From contig OX597816.1 in the NCBI GenBank assembly GCA_951406725.2, positions 64,542,001 to 64,606,000 of the forward strand: a DNA stretch of 64,000 nucleotides, in the 5' to 3' direction. This DNA is from Octopus vulgaris. Taxonomy: Eukaryota. Numbering within the stretch: the stretch's first letter is position 1; every line of letters starts with the position of its first letter. The position numbers and the translations under genes are program-made. The notes below the pieces were generated by a model, which saw only the letters and a program-made list of their open reading frames with translations, was not told where the DNA came from and did not search any database. Positions 11,366 through 25,300 of the stretch are shown here, piece after piece.

Positions 11366-14300
11366 CTAGGCTTTAATTATAGTTAGTCTTTATTGATATT
11401 TCTTTGTTTTAATTAGTTCATTTTTAATGTATATTAATTTAACAGTTTATGGTATGTTAAAACTTTAATAATTTATATTAGATTTTTTTATTTTCTTTAT
11501 TTATATATTTTTTTATTTTTTTATTTTTTTATTTTTATTTTATTTTATTATGTATTTTTATTATGCATTTGTTATATGTATTTTGGAGGATATATTTATT
11601 TGTTGATGGGTGTTATTTAGTGGTGTTTTTATTGAGTTTTGTATGTATGTGTGAATGTTTATGATCCCTTTGTTTTTTATTTGGTATGTTGAATTGACAG
11701 ATTTTATTTGGGTATTGTCTGTTATAATAAAGTACACACACCCATAACAAATATAAGTGCCCACTTCATTCGCTGTACCTGGAATTGCATGTGAGCCTCA
11801 ACATATACACCTAACGGCCACTCCCGCCCCACACGGATAAATAAACACATACATCCCCAAAAATGGGCGTAATCCCACTCACACCAATCATATGTATACA
11901 ATTATACACACTAGAATAATACATAACTAACCCAAATATACAGAACATACCAAAAATCACCAACTAACCACCATCACAAATGAAACCCACACCCATACAA
12001 TGACAAAACTCCCCCCTCCATACCCAATTTACACCCACATAGCAATCCCAATATATTCATCCATACATTGACGCACGTGCGTGAAGCACATGCACACAAT
12101 AAATACGTACAACCCCCCAATACACACTCATATACATACGTATCAAGCTCGACATCCACAGCGATACGCTTACACCCACTCACACCCAGATGGGTGAATT
12201 GCACAACCAGGGAACGCACACACACACGTGTGCGTTTTTTGATTGTGCAACTCGCCCATATGCATGTATGCGGGCGCGATTACATTGTTGCATATATCGA
12301 GCCCAAATAGCATGCATATGTACATGTGAGGGGGTACACGCAAATGACGTGCGCGTGTACCCCCTGCATTTATACCCGTGCGTGAATATACACATGGAGA
12401 CTACTACACAGGTATAAATGTGTATAGTAATGGGAGCCCCATCACTACACTCAATGTATACTCTCACCCATCCGCACGGATGTGAAAGTGAATCTCCGGT
12501 GTATATGTTGAGGCTTATATGTAGCGCTGTGGAGGCGAACGTCGTTGAAATTGTGAATGAATGGGTGGAGTTGGGAATTGTAACCGGGTGGTGGACTAGC
12601 GTTGCTTGGAATTGTGAATGGAATAGTGTAGTAGTGAGGTAGGCATCGAGAATAGGTTTGGGTTACTGCAAGTTGTTTGTTAGAGCTGCTAAGGTGAGCT
12701 AAAGCTCATAAATGTATATAATGATTTTGCATGGTAGTTTTTTAAAGAATCCATTCATAATAAATTTTTTTAAGTAGTGTTGGTTTGCCACGTGGATATA
12801 GTTTTTAGTTCCATTTATTCTATTTCTCCATTCATAATTTAAATGACGTTTACTTTCCATGGCGCGTATTCTTTTTTTAACATAAGTTATTTCTATGGTA
12901 ACGTAATTTTGGTTTAATTTTTTTAACGGCTAAGAATTTAATTTCACTTCATAATTTGAAACTGACTTGTAAGTATGTATTTTATTTATCCTTATGTCAT
13001 ATTGTTATTTTTGATATTCTGGTTAATTACGATGTATTTAATGTTGTTTTCATAGGAGTGTTTATGTATATGAGATTGTGTGTGAGTTTTTAGTTGTATA
13101 ATTTATTTATCTGTATGAGTGTGGGTGTGTAAATATTGTTGTATATATTGAGTTTAGTGAGTATGTATATGCGTATATGTGAGGGAGTATATGTATCTGT
13201 TCTGTGTGTGTGTTTTGCGTGTGTGTGTGTTTGTGTGTGAATGTGTATATGGGTTTGTTATTTAGGTTTTGGGATGTATGTGTTAATTTGTCTGTGTGGG
13301 GAGGGAGTGGGTTTTGGTGTATATTGAGGTTTATAAGTTAGTATAGGTATGTGTATAAGTCGTGGGTCTGAGGTTTATGTGTGTGTATTTGTGTGTGAAT
13401 GTTTAGGTTAGGGGGATTGCTATATAGGTTTGTTATAGAGTTTAGCAAAGGGAGATTTTATCGTTATATGTTTTTAAGAGTTTTGGTTTATCATGGTTTT
13501 TTTAGGGAATTCGTGGTAATTTGTCTATTTTCGATGTTGGTTGTTTTATTACATTGTTTCATTCATAATTTTTGAGTGGTGTTCGTTTTGCCACGTGAAT
13601 ATTATTTTTAATTCCATTTATTCCATTTCTCCATTCATTAATTTAGAGATGTTCGTTTCCAGAGTGGTTATACTTTTTATACATATGTTAAGTTCCTTGG
13701 TAAAGTAATTTTGTTTGGTGTATATGTTGAGGCTTATATGTACTTGTGGGTGTGTGTGAGTGGGGTGGGTGTTTGTATTTGTTATGGGTGTGTGGTTTAT
13801 GTGTGTGTATTTGTGTGTGAATGTATAGGTTAAAGGGATTGCTATATAAGTATGTTATAGTGTTTAGTAAAGGGAGGTTTTATCATTTCTGTTTTGTGAG
13901 TTTTAGATTATCATGGTAGTTTTATAAAAGAATCCATTCATAATTTTTGTGTTTTTTTGTCTGTGTGGGGTTGAGTGGGTTTTTGGAGTATATGTTGAGG
14001 TTTATATGTATGTATTGGTATGTGTAAGTGGTGTGGGTATTTGTATATGTCGTGGGTGTGTGGTTTACGTGTGTGTATTTGTGTGTGAATGTTTAGGTTA
14101 GGGGGATTGCTATATAGGTATGTTATAGAGTTTAGTAAAGGGAGATTTTATCATTATATGTTTTTATGAGTTTTGGTTTATCATGGTGGGTTTGTTAAGG
14201 AATTCGTAGTAATTTGTGTCTATTTGCGATGTCTGTTGTTTTATTGCATTATTTCATTCATAATTTTTAAGTAGTGTTCGTTTTACCAAGTGAATATAAT

Positions 14301-15032
14301 TTTTAATTCCATTTATTCCATTTCTCCGTTCATAATTTTGAGTGATGTCCGTTTTCTAGAGCGTGAATGTGGGTTGTATGTGTGTGTGTGTGGGAGTATG
14401 AATAAGTATTGTCTTGAAGTATTTAGCTATTTTATTTATTTATAGTTGCCTAGACGTTTTTATGTGTATGTATAGGGATATATATATATAGGTGTGTGAT
14501 TTAGTGTATGTAGTTAGATATGGTTATATATAATTAGGTATATGTGTATGGGTGTATATATAGTTTATTATTATATTATTATTATTTTTTTGTTTTGTTT
14601 TATATTTTATATTTTATATTTTATATTTTATATTTTATATTTAATTGTTGATAGGTTTATTTTAGTTTATATATTGTTTATATATTGATTATATATGGAT
14701 TATATATAGGTTATATATGGATTATATATTTATATTTTTTCATTCATACTTTAATTATTTTAAAATTATTATTTTTATATTTTAAAATATTGATATTTTA
14801 GATTGGAAGTCCACCTGAAGATTGTCGATCAAGACAAGAAACGATTGTAGTGGCGGTTTTTTTTACTATTTATTAAAATTTTATGTATTGATTAAGTCTT
14901 TCCTTGTTTGTTTTGCAAAATAGTGGTTTTGTCTCTAATAATATTTTATAATATTTTACTATAAAATTGGATTTAATCCTAAATCTGATTTTTTTCCCTG
15001 TAAATTTGGATTTATTCCCTAATATTTATTAT
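11366..15032 (+). mobile_element. Long non-coding, strand-skewed element with internal direct and inverted repeats and a 3' hammerhead; putative non-autonomous Penelope-like element
   Basis: C/A-rich block ~11730-12480 is an inverted paralogue of the G/T-rich blocks in 12498-14060; direct repeats at ~13372/13794/14062 and ~12754/13561/14255; ends at (TA)n near 15033. Confidence 0.6.
14811..14853 (+). ncRNA. Minimal type I hammerhead ribozyme, all core nucleotides intact
   Basis: CCAC-CTGAAGA-TTGTC-gatcaa-GACAA-GAAAC-gatt-GTA-GTGG: stem I CCAC/GTGG, stem II TTGTC/GACAA, near-palindromic stem III ACGATTGT, GUA cleavage triplet. Confidence 0.85.
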
Positions 15033-17224
15033 TTATATATATATATATATATATATGTATACATACATATATTGCACACATGCTATAGGCATCCACATAA
15101 TTCCAGACAACCAAATTCACTCACAAGGCATTCTTCGTTCCGGGGCTATAGAAGAAGACGTTTTGCCCAAAGTACCGGAGATTGGCACTAGAACTGCGCC
15201 CGTATGGCTGGAAATCGAACTTCTTCGCCTCAGTTTTGCCTCCAACTATATACTTTTAAAAAAGTTTTCTTACGTTTCGCTGTTGTTTCTTTCATAGATC
15301 CTCACTATAAATATTAATTCATATTTTGCTTTCAATCTCTATACTTTCTGAAAAATGTATCTCTATTAAACGATAAGCTATTGTTTCTGGTTATCTTAAA
15401 CTGTTCTTTTCATTTTTACATTTTATTTGAAATCAATTGTACGTGAATTATTTAAACGCATACATCTGTCCTTTCCGCATTTTTCTTATGAATATTTCTT
15501 TAGACAAAGTTTGGCGTCACTGGCTTTTTACATCTAAAATCTAATACCAAGCAATCAAACTATACTCGGGCAGACTCTGGTTCACTGCTGCGGTATACTA
15601 GTGGAGAAAAACCTTCGTAGATTTCGCCTAACTGGCGAGCAAAAACCAGGTTCCTACACAAGACATGAAACTTTGTTTCTTTCTAAGTGTGTGCATGTGT
15701 GTACCTGTGTATGCATGCATGTGTGTATGTGAAATTAAAAACGAGTCTATTTTTGTTCGGAATAGTTAATTAACGCTAGTTCTGTTTTAATGTTTCTCCA
15801 ATTAAAGATAAATTACAATTCATTTAGAATGTTTCTTTCCTTCAGCCATTCAGAACATTCAGAGTTAATTCTCTTAGCTCCTTCTTCATAACCAATAATA
15901 ACATGTTCGGTACCCTTCACAATATATTCTGACTGGTATTTGCTTAATAGACCTCAACACACACACGCACACATTCACACATGCACACACACATACACAC
16001 ATATATGCTATGTCTGCGTGTGTCAGTATTCGTATTTTGTACTAAAACTTTTGCTTTTATTTATTAGGTAATTTTTATTAATTTATCTTAGAATTAAAAC
16101 CATTACACTCATCAGCTCTTTTAGAAGAAGCTGCCAAACTTTATTGTAGAAAGTGCAGAATACACTACCGCTGATGTGCTGCCTGAATTTGAAAAAGTGC
16201 ATCAAGATCTCTTCAGACGGGAGTACACTTCCAAATGCTAACAAGAGAAACGATTCTGCTAAAGGCATCCATTGGATAGCTGCTAGTATTAAACAAAGAT
16301 TATATTAAATCTTACTCAAATACTCAATAAAATTCCAAACACTTTCGTCGACTCGATATCATTCAAGGCTTTTATCAAATGAAGGACACTACAAGATATA
16401 CTCCTCGCAATGCGTAGTGCAGCGTGGCGGTGGGCAAGCCCGGATGTACGTGATTGCAAATCTAACTTCTTAACCAGACAGCCATGACCGCGCGCATTTA
16501 CTATCTTAGTATAATCACTTGCACCCTGCAATTCATAAAAGCTGAAAGTAAATTGAAGTAAAATTTTCTCTCTTACATCAAACAGAGATTTGAAGCAGAA
16601 AGTAATTTCCTGTGGATATTAACATCTCCAGATAGCTCAAGTCTTTGTTTATGTTAATGCATTTCTAGATAGTTATATTTAAATGGAATCTTTCTGCTTA
16701 CTTAGCATTCTCCTCTTGCTTCGATTGGCATATATCATTTATTCCCATTTCACACTTTCTTGCCACAACTAACGTCTTTTTCTGACTAGCTATCAATAAG
16801 GTTGAAGAATTGATTCCCATGTTTAACAATAAATTTAGCATTTATTCTTATCCATGACCTCTGATTTCTTTCATTACTTCTAATATCTATTTGAAATCGA
16901 TGTATACAATCCATTAATACATGCGCTGCATGATGGTTGCTTGATTAGAAAGTTCGCTTGGGAATCTGCAGTTGTGGATGCGATCTTGCTACGTGACACC
17001 GAATGCGAGTGTCATTTACCGTAGCCGTTTTTTACAGAATATATTTTGAATGAAATATGGGAGGATGGAGACTATACAGAAGCCTGTCATATGCTTGTTC
17101 ATTATTGTTTTATTATTTTATATTTTACTTATTTCAGCCGTTGACCTTCGGCATAACCGGGAGTACAATCTCTAAGGGTTTATCCCTGCACACACACACA
17201 CACACACACACATACGTACATATA

Positions 17225-17276
<52 letters not shown>

Positions 17277-17778
17277 ACATTTAAACACATAAGAGATGGC
17301 CATAATAGGACATCTGACTCACTAGAAAGAGCAGTTAAACTCCAAACTACTAATAGCTGTAATTCTGAAAGGGAATGAGAAATAAAAAACGTTTGCCCTA
17401 TCTTTCCTGGACTATGCATAGTTTCGGTAATCTTTTGTAAATAAAATTAAATGATTTTAATTTACAGTTGGCGTTGCCATCGTCAGCAGGAAGCCAAGGC
17501 TAACATATAGGCACAAGGCGATAAAGACCATGTCTCGTGTGTATATGTTATAACATTTCAAAATCCACCACGCACGCGCGGTTGTTTCGACAGTAACTAC
17601 AAGTGCCGATTTTCTTTCAAAATTATCCAAAAAACCTTTTATCATGAATTAATAAATCTTAGGGTAGCAAAAAAAGTTTAGAAAAATTCTTTGCTACTGG
17701 TGGTCTAGCGAGAAAGAAAAACTAGTCAATAGACTATATATTATTCATAGAAAATACAGTGTGAAACGTTTTTATTTC

Positions 17779-18150
17779 TCATTCCCTATAGCATATAAGG
17801 TGGAGATTGTAGTGTATGGATCTGTCTGGAATGGTACACGTTTGTGCCTCCTCGACAATTCCACCCACGACACGCGCCAACCTTTTTGGTAATACCTTGG
17901 CCAAAATCTTCAGCTCTGCGTTAAGCAGTGTGATGGTCAGAAAATTGTCTATAATGTCCCCATTATTTGGGTCCTTTCTAAGCAATGTCACCTCCCCTCG
18001 ACTCACAGATCTGGATTTGAACCCTTTCTGATGCCAGTTCGTAAAACTACATGCCAGTAGGTGCCCCAACAAGTCTGGCATACTATAATATAACTCGTAC
18101 GGAAGACCATTTAGCCCCGGCAACTTGTCCGCGCCGCGAACCGCAGGAGA
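17779..18150 (-). mobile_element. L1/Tx1-clade LINE reverse transcriptase N-terminal fragment
   Basis: ORF 17779-18123: PGLNGLPYELY (cf. PGxDGLPxEFY), NFLTITLLNAELKILAKVL (cf. RPITLLNxDxKILAK), QTCTIPDRSIHYN. Confidence 0.85.
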
Positions 18151-18449
18151 TTGACAGGGTAGTAAAAATTTCGATGCCTTTTATACCCAATGATTCAAAG
18201 TTTTGCACGTGCATTATGCTTTTCATAAAGATGTGTTTGTGAGCATTAGCAGGTTCACGAAAATTGAGCGAGTTCGAACCCTACATTTAATCCTTGTGTT
18301 TTCAAAAAAAGAACGCTGCTGTGGGTCAGTGACACCATTCTGATGTCAAATTACCTACGAATGTGATAAAAGCCATGCCATATAATTTCAATATCGTGCA
18401 ACGTGAAACAAATAGTCTATTACAGTGCGACGTTTCTTTTGTAGTTCAG

Positions 18450-18941
<492 letters not shown>

Positions 18942-20235
18942 GTGTGTGTATTTATGTATATATGTATATATAGATGTGCATATGGCTGTGTGAGTGTCTT
19001 ATTCCTGTGTGTGTACACACGTATATGTATATGTTTGTGTAAATATATATACATGTGTATCTGTGTTTGGGTGTGCGTGTATGTAAGTACTTACCTGTCT
19101 GAATATATTTCTATATGTGAGTACACTCATCTGTCACCTATATACATCGACAGATATTTAACCGTCAATGAAAACGAAACATTTAAAGAAGCTGATTGCG
19201 ATATTTGTTCTGCGGCGATTTAGAACGATCTTGATAACGCTCTTGCCGTCCAAAAATGCAGTGATTCAACGATTGGTTAGTTGCAAACCTGTAACTACTG
19301 TCGCTATCAAACTATTGTTCACCAAATGTGGTAAAAAGAAAAAAAATTTAAATAGCAAACAAAAATACATCTCCCCTTTGATATCGGCAATTTCTACTTC
19401 CAGATAATTTTATTTCATGCCTATAAACGTATTTACCGACTCTATTTTAGTATATATGTAGTGGTGCGTTTAAATGTCAAACCATATACCAATATATTTA
19501 CATCAGTCACTGACAACCAGACAAATGAGATGATTTTCTTTTTTCTTCTTATCTGTTTCGTCTTTAATTTTTTTGCATATGTCCATACCCACCTCCGGGG
19601 CGCTCGTAAACAATCTATCGATACACTCAGAACATCGTTTCCTAAGTTTATACCTAATTAAAGTTTATTAGAAGGCGTTTGATCACAGAATTCTTTTATC
19701 AAGTAAAGCTATATCTTGTATTTCATACAGAAGTCTGTGTTATACGTTTGTTAATAGATAGGTAGCGTCGTCGTTGTCGCTGCAGTCGTTTCAAAATAAG
19801 GCAGCCTTAGTAGTGCGGACATAAGATCAAACGAATTTCAGCGGTAACTAATTCTATTTATTATTTATTATCTATTTTATATAACTGTGACTTAGTTTTA
19901 CAATGTATCTTAATTTTAAGACGGTAGACAGTAAAAAGTCAGACTAGAGAGGTTTTATCTCCGTTGAATTGCAGGTACAGTTTAGCCAACCAGATCCTAT
20001 GCAGTTTCTGCCAACCCAATGTCAATCATAAAGTATGTGTGGATCAGAATTTAGAAAATGACACTTGTCGAAGACACTATGCAGTTGGATCGATCCCGTG
20101 ACTTCCTAGATGTGAAGCGAAATTCTTGACCATTTGATCATAGTGGTTTCAATTCATGTCTAAAATAAAAAATAAAAATAGCGTCGTAGTATATTCAAAG
20201 CATTGTGATGCGGAAGAAAAAGAAAAACATAATAT

Positions 20236-20535
20236 TGCAATGGCCCACTGGTTACAGTAGCGGACTCGCGGTCGGTGGATCGCGGTTTCGATTCCCAGAC
20301 CGGGCGTTGTGTGTGTTTATTGAGCGAGAACACCTAAAGCTCCACGAGGCCCCGGCAGGGGAAGTGGCGAACCCTGCTGTACTCTTTCACCCCAACTTTC
20401 TCTCACTCTCCCTGTTTCTCGAGTAACACAGCGATGGACTGGCGTCCTGTCCAGCTGGGAGGAACACATACGCTACAGAAACCTAGAAACTGGGCACATG
20501 AGCCTGGAGAGGCTTGAAAAGGGCGCATAAATAAA
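20236..20535 (+). mobile_element. tRNA-derived SINE family C, tail type 1
   Basis: Head GCAATGGCCCACTGGTTA...GGTTTCGATTCCC (A/B boxes); tail ...AAGGGCGCATAAATAAA; the same structure occurs at 62705-63018 (-). Confidence 0.85.
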
Positions 20536-20699
20536 AAGAAAAGGAGTGTTTCCAACAATGCGAAAGAAAAATTGGGTAACCTTTAAATATTTCAGACAAA
20601 ATAGCCCATCAGCAGATGCGAACGTTTCAGAAATGGGTCAATGCAGCCATTCTGATAGCCGATTGGAGAGTAACTCCGCATTGTCCGGTGAATATTTGA

Positions 20700-21089
20700 G
20701 TAACTGCTGCTGCTGTTGCTGTTGAGCGAACGGTCTTCGTCCCAAAGCTCGCAAGATGGGTGAAGTCCGAAACGTGGTCTTTTGCTATTCGTAAGACCCA
20801 CAGAAGAGAAAGCAGGTCAACCCCCGAGACCAAGAGCATTGACGGATGGATGAATGCGCATCCAGGCTCAGCAGTTGCGTAGGAAGTCGGGGACAAGAAA
20901 CAAGAAGAAAGAGTGAGAGAAAGTTGGGACGAAAAAGTACAACAGGGGTCGCCCCCACCCCCTGCCGGAGCCTCGTGGAGCTTTAGGTATTTTCGCTCAA
21001 TAAACACACACAACGCCCGGTCTGGGAATCGAAACCGCGATCCTCTGACCGCGAGTCCGCTGCCCTAACCACTGGGCCATTGTGCCTCC
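20700..21089 (-). mobile_element. SINE family C head with tail type 2, ending in (CAG)n-like repeats
   Basis: Head matches the 20236 copy; the sequence diverges after CTCTCACTCTTTCTTC. Confidence 0.75.
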
Positions 21090-21274
21090 TGCTGCTGCTA
21101 TAACATTCACCTGACAAAGCAGTGCCACTTCTGTATTACTGTATTCTTTTTTTAAAGAAAAAAATATTCCCCATAAACATACAAATGTACACATTTATAC
21201 AAACATGCATAAAGAATATTCGAGGAAAATTTGGCTCTCTTTTATGTCTCCTTTTTCACGAGCAGATTGCTGTA

Positions 21275-21893
21275 CAGTAATCACTCGCCACATCGCGGTT
21301 CACCGTCAGTACATCGCGGATTTTTCTGGATAATATATGTGAATTTATATCGCGGACTCTTCAATATATCGCGACCGATAGATATTTATATCTTTTTAGA
21401 TTTTTATCATTTCTGTGGTAAAATAAGCATTTTCACGTCTAAACATTATTAAATCAATAAATAAAAATACTGTACAGTACCGCACTGTATAACATACTAC
21501 TTACAAAATATTAAAAGTAAATACGTAGTCTACTGTAGATGGGTAAATAAAGAATCGCACATACTGTACAGGAATCGAAACTCGGGGCGGGGGGCGAGTA
21601 TGTGGTGTTGTTTTGCATTTATAATAAAATAGATACTCTTTTATTCTTTTACTTGTTTCAGTCATTTAACTGTGGCCATGCTGGAGCATCGCCTTTAGTC
21701 GAGCAAATCGACCCCAGTACTTATTCTTTGTAAGCCTAGTACCTATTCTATCGGTTTTTTTACGAACCGCTAAGTTACGGGGACATAAACACACCAGCAT
21801 CGGTTGTCAAGTGATGTTGGGGAGTGTGACAAACACAGACACAGAAACATATACTTACACATGCTCACACACACATATATATATAAATATATA

Positions 21894-21992
<99 letters not shown>

Positions 21993-22286
21993 GGCTTCTT
22001 TCAGTTTCCGTGTGCCAAATCCACTCACAAGGCTTTGGTCGGCCCAAGGCTATAGTAGAAGACACTTGACCAAGGTGCCACCCAGTGGGACTGAACCCGG
22101 GACCATATGGTACGTAAGCAATCTACTTACTACACAGCCACTCCTACACCTACATATACAAATATACAGATATATACAAATTATAGAAATAATAAATGAA
22201 ATATACAGTACTGTCTCTACTTCGCGGATTTTCACATATAGCGGGGTGTTTTGGAATGTAAAATCTGCGATAGTCGAGCATTGCTG
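21275..22286. mobile_element. Tigger/pogo-like MITE with a nested family-A SINE
   Basis: TA-flanked imperfect TIRs ta|CAGTAATCACTCGCCACATCGCGG and CTGCGATAGTCGAGCATTGCTG|ta; SINE A (-) at ~21635-22150 inside. Confidence 0.7.
21635..22150 (-). mobile_element. SINE family A
   Basis: Reverse complement of the 60959-61415 copy, with an internal (CA)/(TA) tract. Confidence 0.9.
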
Positions 22287-22353
22287 TATTGGTGAATAGC
22301 CAACGGCGTAGGAGAGCATAAGCTATAGTTGCATTTGAGAAAAAATCGCTGAC

Positions 22354-22560
22354 ATGGAGGACCGGAACGCATTGGAATATTGGGAAGGAGTCACTTATAT
22401 CACGATGACGCGTACTAGGTACCAAAATGCCGACGTCGAAACTGTTAACCAATGCTCTGTGAATACTGTAAAGGCTGTACGATGTGGCAGCTGCGATGGA
22501 GAATATGAAGCTGTAGCTAGCAAAAGTCACTCTCCAGGCTTTCTGGCTGCATTCACCTGC
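22354..22560 (+). mobile_element. Possible Tc1-like transposase N-terminal (HTH) remnant
   Basis: MEDRNALEYW...NADVETVNQCSVNTVKAVR...YEAVASKSHS resembles a Tc1-type HTH start; weak. Confidence 0.35.
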
Positions 22561-22662
22561 CGGAAATTATCCTTGCATCTTTGCTAAAGACCTTAGGTTT
22601 CTCTCACACAGTGAAGATGCTGGGAAACCATGATTAAATCCCTGGTTAGAGAAGGCTGTTGA

Positions 22663-23160
22663 TCTTCTTCTTCTTCTTCTTCTTCTTCTTCTTCTTCTTC
22701 TTCTTCTTCTTCTTCTTCTTCTTCTTCTTCTTCTTCTTCCAGACTCACGCCATTAGCCACAAAGAATAATCTCTAATTCGAGCCTACTCTAAGCTACTAA
22801 CAATGCGTGTGGCAACCTGAAGTTCCACCCACCACACGCGATAGACTGGCGGTTGCACGGGCGCGAAAGCTACGTTGTTATCCTCATTCCGTAAACGGTG
22901 GCTTTTAACGGGTGGAGAGCTGAACCATCCTGGGGTACAGAGGATTCGCAATCTAGACTAGGGTCTGAAATTTTACCACACCACGGCAGGTTACACCATG
23001 ATTCCTCTGTTTTGTGGCAGAAGTAGGAAGAAAGAGTGAGAGAAAGTTGTGATGAAAGAGTACAGCGGGGTTCAACACTCACAATGCCCGGTCTGGGAAT
23101 CGAAACCGCGTTCTTACGACCACGAGTCCGCTGCCCTAACCAGTGGGCCATTGCGCTTCC
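22663..23160 (-). mobile_element. SINE family C head with tail type 3 and (GAA)n terminus
   Basis: (TTC)n at 22663-22739; closely similar second copy at 29339-29847. Confidence 0.85.
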
Positions 23161-23513
23161 ACCGGTCGTTGCTGGAAGGCCATATGTGTGGAGACGGTAT
23201 CGGCTCCCTGCAATATCTGGCAACAGTCAAAAGTGGTTGTCGGAGAGAACAGTCAAAGGTAGTTGCCCAAATTTCTTCCTAATTTACCCGATTTGTAATT
23301 CCACGGATTACAATACGGTGTGAGGTAGGGAATAGTTGAGAAAGACATCAACTTCTCCGCATGCAACAACAACGCCGAAATTATAATCCAGACAGAGTAG
23401 ATATAGATTCCTTAATAGTATAGCATTGGTATTTTCTTTTTCGTTAATATTTAGCTTTCTGTGAACAACCGCTGGGCAACTGATTTTCACAACAGTATGC
23501 ACGTATGTACGTA

Positions 23514-23949
<436 letters not shown>

Positions 23950-23960
23950 ACACAAACACA

Positions 23961-24071
<111 letters not shown>

Positions 24072-24708
24072 CATATATGCCAGTATGTGTATGTATCTCT
24101 GTATATATGTCTATATGCTTATTAATGTGTGTGTGTGCGTGTTAATGGAATATGACAGACAGAAACTTCGTTGATTTACTTGCAATACGATCTCTGCTAT
24201 GTATTTCTAACGTTCGTGTTTCTACTAATTTCTACGTTCATTCTTCTTTCTCTCATTATTCTAAATACTTCGTCCCACAAGAGAGGAAATTTCTCTTATA
24301 TATTTTCTCTAATTATTAGTCTTTTAATGAAGGACAAAGTTTGAAACTATTTAATTTAAAATGTTTTTGCAGCGTCTATTATTCCCAGTATGCTAATTGG
24401 ACATATGTTGAAATATAACATATGCTTAGTGTACATCTTCATCCAATTAAGAAACGTAGTGTATAAATAGTTATAAATACTATTATTTACCCTTCCCATA
24501 CAGAAATATATAACATAACTATCTATTGTAGCTTACTAAATGACAGTTGAGAGATCCAAGATTGAATATATTTATTTTATGTATTTGTGCGAAGTTATGA
24601 AGAAAAAGGAAGACACCATTTTTTTTTTTTTTTATCGAATAGGAATTGAGTTCATGCGAAAATAAAAACACCACTTTAATAAAATTGATGTGTATATTTA
24701 CTATACAG

Positions 24709-25300
24709 ACTGCTGACGTTTGGTTGTGCTTCTGAAATTACCGAAGCAGAAAAGATAAATGGAATAAATGGAGAAATAGCACAGTTACCGATCAAGTGGA
24801 AACTAGCTAGCTTCTACAAAGTCCTGTTCATCGAAAGACAAATTGGTAAACGGAGTGGAAAGATTCCAGTAATCAGAGAACTAGATGAAAGCAGCAACAC
24901 TTATGAAGCAGCAATGTCATTAGTGAAATCTAGCACGCTTCGCAAATTATGATCTTATCGGCAAATCTATTTAGGCAAAAATTCCAAAATACCAACCAAT
25001 GTAGCTGTCGCCTTCGTTTTCAAGAAATAAATATAATTCTTGATGTGAAAATTATAGATAACTGATACAATAACACAAGGGCTTTTCTATGATGGAATGG
25101 GTGCGTTAGCATTTGAATTGCTATTAGTTGCAATATAACCTGGAAATTAAATATGTCGTTACAATCAATATCCTACGTGGAACAGCATTTGAAAGAATCA
25201 ACCTTGATATGCGTCAAGTGAAATGGTTTCAAGCAAGCTCCACCGATTCCACCCTATAATTAAATTTTGACATTCAATAAGGATTTGTCGAAAATCTCAT
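24709..25300 (+). mobile_element. Possible highly decayed Helitron PIF1-helicase C-terminal region
   Basis: 80-codon stop-free frame (LLTFGCASEITEAEKINGINGEIAQLP...), then fragments QGLFYDG (cf. GLCNG), KYVVTINILRG (cf. NVIEATILTG) and FKQAPPIP..LTFNK (cf. FKRLQFP..MTINK). Confidence 0.3.

Noticed and set aside
12697-12930. ~75-codon open frame on the minus strand within the skewed element (KKLNQNYVTIE...)
   Set aside because: Paralogous copies at ~13560 and ~14255 do not appear to keep the frame; no recognisable domain
11400-14800. NUMT or bisulfite-like artefact explanation for the G/T skew
   Set aside because: No mitochondrial gene, tRNA or rRNA motifs recognised; skew flips within the element in step with the inverted repeats, and non-CpG C residues persist
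20719-20786. Hammerhead-like ...GAAGTCC-GAAAC-GTG-GTC in SINE C tail 2 (+ strand)
   Set aside because: No CUGAnGA directly before the putative stem II, and stem I does not pair
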